Shown one piece after another: positions 1 through 11,426 of a DNA stretch of 64,000 nucleotides. The number at the start of each line of letters is the position of its first letter. Within the stretch, counting starts at the first letter, position 1. The notes beneath the pieces were generated by a model that ran no database searches, was not told the DNA's origin, and saw only the letters and a list, made by a program, of their open reading frames with translations. Source of the stretch: Selaginella moellendorffii (lineage: Eukaryota; Plantae; Lycopodiophyta); assembly GCF_000143415.4 (NCBI RefSeq), contig NW_003314296.1, forward strand, positions 1,091,858-1,155,857, read 5' to 3'. Position numbers and translations under genes: made by a program.

Positions 1-333
1 GGGGGGGGGAGGGCGGCACAAAGATTTATCAAGACGGCAGCGCAGCTTCTTGTAGTTAGAGCGACGGCCACAGCAAAATTAGGATGTAATCACACATATA
101 GCATTGATAAATTAATACAATGCATATATGGCAGTGGTGGCAAATTTAAATTACTTAGAAAATAAATATATTTTTATTCCTTTGGCATATTTATTTAGGA
201 TTTAGGTATATTGATCCTTGAGGTAGTAAGAATTAATATAATTTATTAAAGTGGTTAAACAAAACATTAAAGTCTTATCAAAATCCTACTTCATATAAAG
301 TAAGAGCTGTAAACTCGTTTCATATAAGATACC

Positions 334-899
334 TTATCTCTTTCCACTTAAGCTAGCTAGAAAAGAGGTAATTATTTGATAGAAGAGTTTTTAGTGGCTA
401 TTTTATTCCTATTTATCCCCTAAAGTCCTTATCCATAATCACATAAATTACATTCACCCCCCCTTTAGAAATGTTAATGTTTTCATTGACTATTGACTAA
501 TAACCCCTACTGAGACAAGGGGAACTAACACTTTTATTTTCACATTGAATTTACTAATTCTTCCATTATATAAATTAATTATTCCATGTGAGACAAATAA
601 TTATCCACTTGTACTATAGTCCCATGGTGAATACTTTCATCCATAGATGTTCTATAAGAGGAAGGACATACATATAAATGCCTAATACATATAATTTCAA
701 ATTTAGGGGTAAGAATATACTTTACTCAAGGGTATCTTACATTTTAAGTAGTTGCTAATTAATGGGAATTGAACTTGTGCCATTTGCTCCAATATCATAT
801 ATAACACACTTTATCTCTCTCCCTTTAAGCCAACTGAAAAATGGGTAATTACTTGATGAAAAAGATTTTAGTGGCTATTTTACCTTATTTATCCCTTAA
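334..899. repeat. Degenerate ~90-bp direct repeat (334-423 / 811-899) in AT-rich, probably TE-derived DNA
   Basis: TTATCTCT..TTAAGC..GGTAATTA(T/C)TTGAT..TTTTAGTGGCTATTTTA..TATTTATCCC(C/T)TAA occurs twice ~477 bp apart; no credible ORF. Confidence 0.6.
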
Positions 900-2058
900 C
901 GTTCTAAGGATCTACGGTGATAGTATATTTAAATTTCATCCCATGATCAACACTTTAGGTTTTAAAAGATCAAATGTTTTATTTTGTAATGGAATTTTAA
1001 TTTATTTATATTATCTTTGCATATTTATACATATAATAATATTCCTAGAGAGAGTGTGTAGATATCGGCTCTTGCTATAAATAATAATAAATGGTAATTA
1101 AAATATAATAGAGTTGTAAAGTCCAAGTGTATAACTATGATGGCATATACTAATATTAAAATAGTGGAATTTTAATAGTAGTTGGATTAGTTTTAATATG
1201 GACCACTCGCTCATGTATATAAGCTAGGTTTTTGGGGTTAATTAGTATGTACATTTTTATATTCCATTTCTATTTTCTATACACTCACATTAGTGGAGTT
1301 GGGGGGCAACGTTGATTGTCCCCAATGAGTGTTTGGATTTGGATGTAAATCCCACTTTCTTTATAACTTTTTCAATTTTTTCTCTTGTTTTATTTCTTTT
1401 TCATTTATCTTTATGGCAGAGTGGCAGTTTCCTCCTCCTTTGACTCTAAAGAAGCAATTGATGCAATTACTTAATGTTATATAGTTGTAATTGAATAATC
1501 AAACTTAATTGATAGCAACATTCACTACACATAGTATATCTCCTACCCTTATTATTATTCCTTATGTCCAACCAAAGTTTTTTCATAGGAATTTTAAGGA
1601 TGATATATACTATTGATTTGATCACTTTACAATGACTGTCATCTATCATTCTTGGAATGATGCTTAGCATTTGTGTGAATTTCCCACGTCTTCAAAAGAT
1701 AGCATTATAGTGGTATAATGGTTTGAGCTCAATCACTCATGCAGATTGAAGCAATCTCTTAAATGTCTTCAAGTGCATATTTAGACATATTGATGATTGT
1801 GATGATGCCTTTCAACATTGTATTATCTTTGTCAAGGGCCATCTAAGTTAGTGATGAAATTTTGTATTCATTTTTAGAGCCTTTTGCTTTGGAGCAGATC
1901 AAGTTGGGAAAGTTGTAGCTAACACTTCATCAAAATCTTGTAAGACTTGGTATGCATTTGCTCTAACCATCTTTAATGATGCTTTTCAATTGGCACAATG
2001 TTATAAGATATCACCTTTTCCACTTCTCATTGCACATCTTTCAGCTCCACTTCCTATA

Positions 2059-2281
2059 AGATGCCATACCCTGCCGAGAGCAACTCTTTATCGAAGGAAC
2101 CATTAGTGAATACATTCCAAGGAGAAGATGCTTTTATTTCATCAAGTCCTCGCTCACGAGTACAAATGGTAATGGCCCATTTCTGCCATGGCTTTCCTAA
2201 TCTGACTCCTACACCACCATACACCTTCTTGTTCGCGATGCACACTTCATCCTCGCCAGCTTTGCGCTTGAGAGACATCAT
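2059..2281 (-). pseudogene. Truncated RNase HI copy (5' part only)
   Basis: Matches the N-terminus of 27698-28435 up to ..LSAGYG, then homology stops; the catalytic FTDGS reads FTNGS. Confidence 0.85.
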
Positions 2282-2498
2282 TTTGTGTACCCTAAGTTTT
2301 GAGGCCCCAATTTCCAAATGTATAGGTGGCTTTGGTCGTACGAAAACGTTTCGTACTAGGTAGATGCGAACTCGCCACCCTGGAGAAACAGATGAAGAAA
2401 AGCAAAAAAACCCCTGCACTTGTCCAGCCAAAGATGGATTGATCAATTAGCAAACTATGACAGCAACAACAATGAAAAAGTGAAAAGAGGCATTTTCT

Positions 2499-3927
2499 TC
2501 ACAAGATGAAAGCCTTCCACTGTAGTGTCCCTTTTCGCGGCCGCTCGGGAACAGCCTGAGACCATCGTGTGAGATTGGGTAGGGGACCCGTGAAAGCCAT
2601 CTTGTTATTCACTTGATCAAGCTTCCGCCAGTTCACCTGCGGTTCCTTCAACTCGTAAGCGCTTTGAGTATTAGGAAAAAGGGAGAAAAAAAATGTCTTA
2701 CCTCGCCTGGAAATGCCTTTGACATCGCATAAAGAACATGGTTCTCGCCCGTAATTGTGGACTCTAGAGTTTCATCGTCGTCATGTTCACGTCTTTGCTC
2801 TTCCACGCAGTTGATCATGATCCGGCCCCCGGGTCTCAGTCTTTTCCTGAGCTTTAACCATGTCTGTGCCTTGAAGTAACAATCAGGAAAAGATATCAGT
2901 GATCTGGTGCTCCGCAAAGACTAAAACTCTTTCCTCACCTCCTTGAGAACTGGCAGAACATCGCCATTTGAGAATAAATCCACGACAATGCCTGTAGAAA
3001 AGTGAGGTTGAAAGATAAAAAAGAGAGGTTGCAGCGAGCTACCTGCGAATCCACCCTCGGGATCATTTGCATCCGAGAGAGCATCGTCGACGTGAATTGT
3101 AAGCCCTCCACCGTGTTTGTTTTTGCCTTCTAACTCTGACAAGCCGAGATAATCCCTTGCCTTGTCAATTAGCTGCAAGCTTCAACGACGTAAGAGTTTG
3201 CATTGACGGTGTCAAAGAGTTACTCACGATCTCATCAATTTCCCAGCCTATCAATTCTCGCTCCGGCCACAAGTGGAGCAGCAATCGTGCAGCAGTACCA
3301 CCGCCCTGATGATCAAACAGAGTAAAAACCAGGAAAGCTAGGAAGAAATCGAAAAGCTCTTACCAGTCCTAGAATTGCAATGGGACCTCTGGGAATGATC
3401 GGTGGAAGCGAGGAGAACTCGTCCTTCAATCACACAAAGAGTATGAACTTGCTTTTCACTCCTCAAGAAAGGAAGCTATTTACCCAGTATGAACCGACCC
3501 ACACAGAATCCTCCTTGTAAATACTATGAACATTTCCTACATTGGCACGTAAAGCTCTCTCAATCACCACAAAAAGAACCAAATGATCTATAGATGAGAG
3601 AGATTGCTCACCTGTTTGATCCAGCAGCAGCAATCTAGCTCCCGCGAATTCACTGGGCGAATCCCTGGGCACCTCGAGAATCGCAATGGCGTTGTAGAAG
3701 CTCATCATCGAGGTCACGACGGTGGGAGCGGCCGCGGTGGCCTCCAAATCCTCCTCCGTCCATTGCTCCACCGAGAAATCTCTCTTCCTCTTGGACGAGG
3801 ACGCGGCATTGGCAGCAAGACGGTGGCATCTGGGCGCTGCGACTGGAATCGCCGGCAAGCATCGCAATACAAGTGGATTAGACCTAACGAGAAGAAGATC
3901 GAGCACGGGCAAGTGAAGCTCGGCCAT
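2499..3927 (-). CDS. SAM-dependent methyltransferase, spermidine-synthase-like fold, 8 exons, probable transit peptide
   Basis: Spliced exons give GPIAILGL-GGGTAARLLLHLWP (motif I), IVVDLFSNG, RLRPGGRIMINC; GT-AG introns; TGA at 2499-2501. Confidence 0.85.
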
Positions 3928-3985
3928 ATGCTATTACATAATTCTAACCAATAGATAAGCATTACATCAATCGCTCAATGTTTAA

Positions 3986-4059
3986 GGCCTATTAGCTCAG
4001 TTGGTCAGAGCGTGGTGCTAATAACGCCAAGGTCGCAGGTTCGAAACTTGCATAGGCCA
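3986..4059 (+). tRNA. tRNA-Ile(AAT)
   Basis: GGCCTAT/ATAGGCC acceptor stem, A box TAGCTCAGTTGG, anticodon loop CTAATAA, B box GGTTCGAAAC. Confidence 0.93.
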
Positions 4060-4102
4060 TATCGTCCTCTCTATTTAACGAAAAGCCTTCTTTTGCTTCG
4101 AG

Positions 4103-5273
4103 ATGTTGGCCGGGCTGCGCGTTTGCCTCGCTTTCATGTTTCCTGAGAGTTTCGAGTGTGAGGAGCTACCTGACGAGTGCGTCTGCCGGATCTTGGCATG
4201 GCTCCCCATTCCAGACCTTGTCCGCTCCAAGCTTGTATGCAAGCGCTGGAAGTCACTCATTGAGGATGTCACTCCCTGGAGAAGCTTGCCGCGGTTGCAT
4301 GAGTCGTGGTTTGAGCAGTTTCCCCTCTTTCCTCGAGACCTCGTTCACCGGGAGCTTGGGGAGGCAACACCACTTCCCGGTGATCGGATTCCCAACCATG
4401 TAATAGGGAAGGTGGTGTCTCTGGAGATTCACAAAATAGCCACACACCAGGCCGCAGGACGAGTCGGCAAATATCCTAAACTTGCAGCGTCCTTCACCCC
4501 AAGGACCTCTATTCTTCAAGCGCAAGGGCAACTTAAGATGGCGAGCCCTGTGGGGAGAATTACTAGTTGCCAAGATACGACAGGTAACGGAACTAGATCC
4601 ATGCACAGGGTACTTCAAGGTCCTGGTGTTTCTCCTTGGAGATTTTGATCACTACTGGCTATTCAATTCGCTCAGTAGGGAGTGGCGGCGCTGTCAGTTT
4701 ACAAGCAAGAAGAGCATTGATGATCTCGCTGCGGATGACAAGGGACCATGGCTGGGATCTAGTATGTTTGCATCACCTAACAGGCAGTCGCTAAAGATCA
4801 CCGGTAGTCGGGTTGATCTTCTTTACGTGGCTGTGTTTGATCAGGTTTCAGGTTGCTATGACAGGGTCAAGGTGAAGTTTCCAAGCAATCTTTTCTCTTG
4901 TGGCCTGCCTTGTATTGTAGATTACAATGGGAGGTGGATTCTTGTTTCGTCAACTATAAGTGGTGGTTATAAGGTGTCTGCTGCTGCATGGGAACTCGAC
5001 AGGGAGACAACAGATTGGAAACTTTTGAGTGAGGTTTACGTGGGTGACTTGGTGAAGAATGGCGCTCTTGAGTTTGAGTATTTTGTTGTCAAGCATTCCG
5101 TTGTTGTGCGACCAAGTAGGTTATCAGTCTCTCCACCGATGGCCTTCTTCTTCAAGAATAATTCATGGAGTATCTGCAGCAAGTATAACTATAAGACAGC
5201 ATTCACGCTCACACCAGATTTATTTTCAAAGCCTAGAATTTTTTATCAGCCTCGTAGAAACATAGAACCATAG
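4103..5273 (+). pseudogene. F-box gene disrupted by an internal 282-bp inversion (4314-4595)
   Basis: F-box motif LPDECVCRILAWLPIPDLVRSKLVCKRWKSLI and C-terminal half on +; the middle segment is the reverse complement of the intact paralogs. Confidence 0.9.
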
Positions 5274-5299
5274 AAACATGGGTTTCTAAGGCTTCAGCC

Positions 5300-5780
5300 A
5301 AGCTTGCTGTTAATAAAGAAATGCGATGGCAGGCGGATCCACCGTCTCATCGGGCTGATACAATCACTTTGTCTCCAATCTTCTTTACAGATGTACGAGA
5401 CATCAACGACCTTCGGGTAAGAATCCAGCAGCTTAATTGCCAGCATGGTGTCAAGTTCCGTGTCGAAAAACCTCACTGATCGTGTAAGCTGTGCGAATCC
5501 TCGAGCGACTTCAGTTTCTCCTTCTCGGCAAGGTTTTGCTACGAGGAGAGTGACGTGACCGCCGAAGAGCCTCAGCCTTGGATCATTTGCGAATAAAGCT
5601 CGAGTGCCTTCTCGGCTTCACCACTGTCAGTGTATCCCAGCACCATTAGTTCCGGTCACTTCTCAAACCTGCCTTTGCCATCTCTTTTGCTGCCGAGACT
5701 CAATAACAACAACCAAAGTCGCTGCGCTCGGAATTGATGGAGCCGATTCTTCGTCTCCATTCTGTGCATGATAGCCATCC
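5300..5780 (-). pseudogene. Degenerate PLS-type PPR fragment
   Basis: Remnant MVLGYTDSGEAEKALELYSQM; frameshifts and stops; mirror copy at 24215-24670. Confidence 0.65.
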
Positions 5781-5829
5781 TACTATGGTGCAAGGACTTT
5801 GCACCGAATCCGCCAATCTCCCATAAAAG

Positions 5830-6575
5830 TCCACCAGCCTGGAAAGCAAAAGTTTGTAAGATCTTAAGGTGGCTTACATCCTCTGCTTGTTCCAGAGCTC
5901 ACGTTGACGATCCGAGCTCTGTGAGATGGCAAACTCTGTTAACTTTTGAACTGAGAGGTAGTTCGTGTCAATGACGACTTTGGAGTTCTCCAAGTTTGTA
6001 AGAACCCCCGAGATTTCCACCTATACAGTGGATCAAACTAAGCAGTGAGCTCATGAGCTTGTTGAGGATCAGGATCTTAATCTTGCCAGATGGCCTGCAT
6101 TGATCGGTCTGTCTGGAAGTATAGACAGGCAAGTCATTTTCTCCAGGAAGTTGATCATGGTGCGAGATTGTAGATAGCTTTCACAAAGAACGTGTGGAGC
6201 TCTGGCAAAACTTCCGCTTTCGAGAACAAATCCACGACAACACCTGGACAAGAATCACAGCTTCTGAGAAAAGATGATAAAAGAATTTTCATCTCCAAAT
6301 CCTTCCTCCGGATCGTTAATGGCATCCGAAAAAGCGTTGAGCTGAATTGCAAGAGACTCACGAGTTCATGTCATCGATCTCCAATGCTCGCTCGGGCATG
6401 CTCAGTGATCGAGCAGCTCACTCTTGAAACAAAGAAGGTTTTGTAAGAAGAACACGAAAAGTTCTTACCAATCCGAGAATTGTCTTCTGGAATTATTGGT
6501 GGAAGCGAGGAGAACTCATCCTAAAGAACAAACATGAGCTTTAGAACAAACAAAGAGAAGAAAAATTTTAGTCTG
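5830..6575. pseudogene. Deletion-collapsed remnant of the methyltransferase-Tim10-SDR block
   Basis: Short stretches match exons at 31130-31720 (MTase), 32135-32200 (Tim10) and 33010-33330 (SDR). Confidence 0.8.
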
Positions 6576-6599
6576 GTTTTAGGGCTCTTGTTCTTTGCG

Positions 6600-7090
6600 T
6601 CTCCCGGCCGGGCCTCCGATCCGCTCACCACGCCCCACGGATCGTGTAGCACCAGCAGCATTTGCATCCTCATCTTCCAGACGTGGAATCTGGCGCCCCC
6701 GAAGGATTTCTCGCGGAAATGCGGCCTCGGGAGCTTCGATCGGGGAGGATTTCGAGTTGTCAGCGACGGATTGGGGCGTGTCGAGGCTGGATCGCTCCGC
6801 CGGATCATCGCCACAAAATCTCCAGCGGTGCCTGGCACAAACACGAGAGATTTCGCAAGAAATACACGGCGTCGCGTGATTTCACCTCGGCGGCTCGGAT
6901 TCCACATCGAATCGAAGAGAGGAAGGAAGATCGCCTGGAGTTTGAGAAGAAGGACGCGAGAGCACGAGCGAATATTTTGCTCCATCTCGAGGACAGGCAG
7001 CTAATGCAGGTGTGGCACACGACGTCAGCGAAGCAGGCATGGGATCTCCTGGGCGAGATGTTGGGATTTAGGGTTCTAGCGGCCGGATAG
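6600..7090. mobile_element. Ty1/Copia gag N-terminal fragment split by an internal inversion
   Basis: FHVWKMRMQMLLVLHD.WGVVSG on - (about 6610-6700) and EFEKKDARARANILLHLEDRQL..SAKQAWDLL on + (about 6920-7050). Confidence 0.8.
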
Positions 7091-7099
7091 ATAGAAAGA

Positions 7100-8725
7100 A
7101 TGCTAGTGGCGCGTCCACAGCTAGCGCTTTGGCGCAGTGGTAGAGGCTGGAATTCTTCGTCGGTTCCAGCGAGAATTCTGGCCAGGGGAACTCACGCATT
7201 GGGCGAGTACCATGGCACTATCCCGGAGGAGACCGTGAGCACTAGAATCGACGTGTGGCTCTCGGGTCAGCTCCCGCATACCAGTCGAGCTCGCGTCCAA
7301 GACAGCATTCGTAAGGGGCTTGCTCTTGTCAATGGGAAAACCATCACCAAGGTGCGCTTGGCTTTCTTCTAGCTCATTTGCACTTCACTTTCATGCTTTT
7401 TCTTCCATAGATGTTTTTTTCTTTGAGCTAAGCTTTGGATTTCTGGCAGCCTTCGTTTCCTGTCATTGGTGGTGACGAAGTTGTCTGTACGCTCTGCGGT
7501 GCTGCTCCTTTGGAAGCTACCCCTGAGAGAATTCAGCTAGACATTGTTCATGAAGATGATCATGTGATTGTTGTCAACAAGGCTGCCGATATGGTATGTA
7601 GTCGAGAGACTTTCGCTTTGGACCTGGCTAAAAACAAGTTTTCACAGGTTGTGCATCCGGCTCCAGGACATTACGGTGGGACTTTGGTGAATGCTATCCT
7701 CCATCACTGCGGGCTTCCTGCTGTCGAGGTTTCTCTTCCAGTGATGATGGACGAGGAATCCGATGACGATGAAGGAGAGGAGCTGAGTGAAAATGGAGAC
7801 CAAGACTATGAGAAAGATGAAGTTGAGGTACACAAAGCTAGAGGCGAGACTCCTTCAAGATTTCGGGGTCCGAGACCGGTGATAAGGCCTGGGATTGTGC
7901 ATAGACTGGACAAAGGTACCAGTGGACTCATCGTCGTTGCAAAAGTAAGGTAAGACACGTCTTGTGTTACCAGGTTCTGAGTATGCCTTGTTATTGTTAT
8001 TTTCAGGATGAACAGTCCCAGCTGAGTTTGAGCGAGCAATTTAAATCTCGGAAAGTCCGAAGAACCTATCTGAGTCTTACGTGTGGTACACCTTCAACGA
8101 CGAGCGGCCGCATTGAGGCTGAAATCCTTCGTGATCCGCGAGATAGGAAACGCATGACGACGTCAGATACTGTTCCATCCGCCCGAAATGCGCGTTTTGC
8201 TGCAAGCAGGTATGTCGCAACGAGTTTCTTTTGTATCACCATTTCATTTTGATTTCAGGTACAAAGTTCTAGACGTTCTCGCAAATGGTGGTGTGGCTCT
8301 TGTTCAGTGGAAGCTGGAGACAGGGAGAACTCATCAAGTTCGTATTCTTTAATTTCAGGAGCTCTGATACTAAACTGAACCTTCCAGATAAGAGTTCATG
8401 CACGTTACATGGGTTTCCCGCTGCTTGGGGATGATGTGTATGGAGGAACAGTGGGAAAAGCGAATTCGACTCTATTATCCGCTCTATGCGCGACTAAAAC
8501 GAACAGCCGAAAGAAGATTCACGAGTTCACATCGGACATTCGTCGCCCTTGTCTGCATGCCTATAGCCTCGGGTGAGGTTTCGTATAAGAAATTTGCGTG
8601 AGCTAATAAACGTTTTCAGGTTCGAGCACCCTGCCACAGAAAAGTACGTCCACTTCACATGTCCTCCTCCAGAAGACTTCGAGGAGGCATGGACAAGGCT
8701 CCGAGACATGAAACCGGAAGCATAA
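7100..8725 (+). CDS. RluD/RluA-family RNA pseudouridine synthase (S4 + catalytic domain), 7 exons, probably organellar
   Basis: RIDVWLS..SRARVQ (S4), VVNKAADMVVHPAPGH, GIVHRLDKGTSG, LETGRTHQIRVH; exons 7100-7351, 7450-7593, 7648-7944, 8007-8209, 8259-8337, 8388-8572, 8620-8725. Confidence 0.93.
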
Positions 8726-8728
8726 CTT

Positions 8729-11161
8729 TCAGCGTTGGTGGCTTTGGACACCACCGAAGCCTCTCTGGACCATATCATCTAGGAGCTCGCGAGCGTCCTC
8801 ATCGCGATTGGCCTTACGAAACGCATCAATGAGAAGGTTATAAGTCCCGATGTTTGGAACACAGCCCTTCTCTATATACCCGCGAGCTCGATCAAGCATA
8901 CCAGCATTGCAAAGGCCAGTAATCAATGTGGAATACGTTATAGAGTTTGGCAAGCACCCAGGCTCCTCCAGCATCTTTCTATACACTCGACAGGCCTCGT
9001 CGACTTTCTTCTCTCTGCAAAGGCCATCGATAACAGTGGTATACATCACCACGTCCGGGTTACAACGTCTTCTTCGGGCTTCTTCGACGAGCTCCATGGC
9101 TTCACTGGACCGGTTAACTTTACACAGTCCCCGGATCATGATATTGAACGAGACAACGTTGGGAGGACAGTCCATCTCCTCCAGCATGAACTTTCGGGCC
9201 TCCTCCAACTGGTTTGCTCTGCAGTAGCCATCGAGGATGGTGTTATACGTATAGACTGTGGGTGAGCAGCTCTTCCTCCTCATTTCCCCTAGGATATGCA
9301 CAGCGTCACTCAGCCGGTTCTCTCGACAGAGCCCGTCCATCAAGCTCGTGAAAGTCACCACGTCCGGGGTGAGCCCCTTGCGGGTCATCTGGTTGAGAAG
9401 ATCGTACGCATCGTCTAGCCTCGCCAGCTTGCAGAAGCCGTTCATGAGAGTGGTGTAAGTCACCACGTCCGGAGAGCTTCCAGTCTCGGCCATCCTCTCC
9501 AGCAGGTTCATCGCCTCGTCCATCTTTCCCATCCGACAGAAGCCGCTGATGAGGGAGTTGTAAGTCACCGTGTTCGGCATACAGCTGCCGCTCTTGATCA
9601 TCCGACCGAAGAGATCGATCGCCTCCTTGAGCCGGCCTTCCTTACAAAGTCCATCGATCAAGCACGAGTACGTGACAACGTCGGGACGGAAGCCTCTGGC
9701 AACCAGCTGCTCGAATACTCGGAGAGCATCATCCGACTTCTTTGACTTGCAGAAGCCGGTGATGAGCGTGGTATACGTGAAGATATCCGGGATGCAGCCG
9801 CTGTACACCATCTCCTCGAGGAGGTCGTAGGCCTCGCTCGCCCGCTCGGCCTTGCAGAGACCGCTTATCAGGCTGTTGTAAGTCACAGCCGTGGGGACGC
9901 ACTTCTTCCGCATCTTGGACAGCAGCGCCACAGCCTCGTCGACCCGGCCACCTTTGCAGAGCCCGTCGATGAGAACCGTGTACGTGACAACGTTTGGAGT
10001 GAGGTTCCGGTTGGCCATCTCTTCCAGAAACTTTCGAGCTTCGTGGAGCCGGTTCTCGACGCACAGGGCATGGATGACGGCAGTGTAGGTGTAAACGTCC
10101 GGGTGGAAGCCTTTGGAGACCATTTTCCCCAGGAAGATCAAGGCCTGCTCCAGCCGCTTCACCTTGCAGAGTCCCTGGATCAGGCTGGTGTAGGTGACGA
10201 AATCCGCCGAGCAAGAGTTCGTCGCCACCATCTTCTCGTACACGGCCACGGCAGCATCCAGCTTCTTCCCTTTGCAGTACGAGGACACCACCAGATTGTG
10301 GAGCGGGAGTTCCCGGAACTTCTTCCTCGACTCGGTGACAAGCACCTCGGCGTCCTCGATCATCTTGGCCTTGCAAAGCGGACGAACGAGGAGATAGTAG
10401 CTCGTCACGTCCTCGGCAGCCATCTCTACCATCTTCCGGAACAGCAGCTTGGCATCGTCGAACCGGGCCTCCTTGCAGAGAGCGGTGATCTTGGTATTGC
10501 ACTCCGCGGTGTTGGGAGCCACACCTTTGCTCTTGAGATCGACGAGCACCTCGCAGGCCGTCGCGACGTCGCCAAAGCCGTGCAAGATGATCGCGAAAGT
10601 TGACGCGTTTGGGAGCTGCCAGGAGTCGACCATCTCGGACAGGAGCTCTCGGGCGCGATCGTAGAGGCAAGCCCGGAGGAGAACACGCAGGAAGCAGTTG
10701 TAGCTGTAGATGGAGTGGCGGTAGCCGGGCCTATGCTGCGCATACGTGAAGAAGAACACGGCATCCTCGACGAACTTGAGAGCCTGGATGACTTTGCCGA
10801 CGATCTCCGGTGTGAGATCCCCGCTCCACGCGTCTAGAGCTCCGGCCTTGGAGGGATTGGGAGCCGTGGAGCGGAGGATGTGGAGGAGGCTCTCTACTTG
10901 GAGCAAGAGGTCGGGGAACTCGTCCGCGCCGGCCATTCGCGAGAGTCGATTTGGAGGCCTGAGCTTGTGCTTGCTCGAGTCGGGAGATGGAGATTGACAT
11001 GGAAATTCTTCGTGCGATGATGGCGATGGTGTTGCCGAGGCGACAAGAACTGCAGTGGAAGAATGGAATGTTCTTGCTCGAGGAGGGCGATGCCGATAAG
11101 ATGAGACGAGATGAGGACGCGAAGATAAAGATGGATGGAGGAGGGCAGTGATAGCAGCCAT
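8729..11161 (-). CDS. P-class pentatricopeptide repeat protein, intronless, 810 aa
   Basis: Tandem 35-aa repeats PDVVTY..LIDGLCK; Ser/Arg/Pro-rich transit-peptide-like N-terminus. Confidence 0.95.
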   Translation of the reverse strand: MAAITALLHPSLSSRPHLVSSYRHRPPRARTFHSSTAVLVASATPSPSSHEEFPCQSPSPDSSKHKLRPPNRLSRMAGADEFPDLLLQVESLLHILRSTAPNPSKAGALDAWSGDLTPEIVGKVIQALKFVEDAVFFFTYAQHRPGYRHSIYSYNCFLRVLLRACLYDRARELLSEMVDSWQLPNASTFAIILHGFGDVATACEVLVDLKSKGVAPNTAECNTKITALCKEARFDDAKLLFRKMVEMAAEDVTSYYLLVRPLCKAKMIEDAEVLVTESRKKFRELPLHNLVVSSYCKGKKLDAAVAVYEKMVATNSCSADFVTYTSLIQGLCKVKRLEQALIFLGKMVSKGFHPDVYTYTAVIHALCVENRLHEARKFLEEMANRNLTPNVVTYTVLIDGLCKGGRVDEAVALLSKMRKKCVPTAVTYNSLISGLCKAERASEAYDLLEEMVYSGCIPDIFTYTTLITGFCKSKKSDDALRVFEQLVARGFRPDVVTYSCLIDGLCKEGRLKEAIDLFGRMIKSGSCMPNTVTYNSLISGFCRMGKMDEAMNLLERMAETGSSPDVVTYTTLMNGFCKLARLDDAYDLLNQMTRKGLTPDVVTFTSLMDGLCRENRLSDAVHILGEMRRKSCSPTVYTYNTILDGYCRANQLEEARKFMLEEMDCPPNVVSFNIMIRGLCKVNRSSEAMELVEEARRRRCNPDVVMYTTVIDGLCREKKVDEACRVYRKMLEEPGCLPNSITYSTLITGLCNAGMLDRARGYIEKGCVPNIGTYNLLIDAFRKANRDEDARELLDDMVQRGFGGVQSHQR

Positions 11162-11255
11162 GGCACTAGAATGAGTGGAGAACAGTAGAGGTTACCTATG
11201 TCTGCCCGCCATGGCTGGAGCTACATTGTCCAAGCCCTAAGCATTCCAAAATATT

Positions 11256-11329
11256 TGGCCCATGCAGGTTTCGAACCTGCGACCTTGGCGTTATTAGCAC
11301 CACGCTCTGACCAGCTGAGCTAATAGGCC
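11256..11329 (-). tRNA. tRNA-Ile(AAT)
   Basis: Reverse complement GGCCTATTAGCTCAGCTGGTCAGAGCGTGGTGCTAATAACGCCAAGGTCGCAGGTTCGAAACCTGCATGGGCCA; all stems pair. Confidence 0.95.
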
Positions 11330-11426
11330 TTACAGATTGACTAATATCTCTTAAAAATAATAACATCGGCCGTTGGCCTTACGTTGACTTTTACCAACTT
11401 CAAAGAATTTTAGATTTCAGATCAAG

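Larger units (their letters stand above)
2059..7125. repeat. Left arm of a large inverted segmental duplication (pairs with 22814-27920)
   Basis: Same gene order and near-identical sequence in reverse complement: RNase H, methyltransferase, tRNA-Ile, F-box, PPR/SDR/Tim10/MTase remnants, gag fragment, first codons of the pseudouridine synthase. Confidence 0.95.

Noticed and set aside
841-2050. Short ORFs in the AT-rich left end, also 14878-16062 and 45060-45317
   Set aside because: No recognisable motifs or splice structure; probably decayed repeat DNA
3986-4100. tRNA-derived SINE explanation for the tRNA-Ile copies
   Set aside because: Copies are full canonical tRNAs without tail or TSD; three of the four arise from segmental duplication
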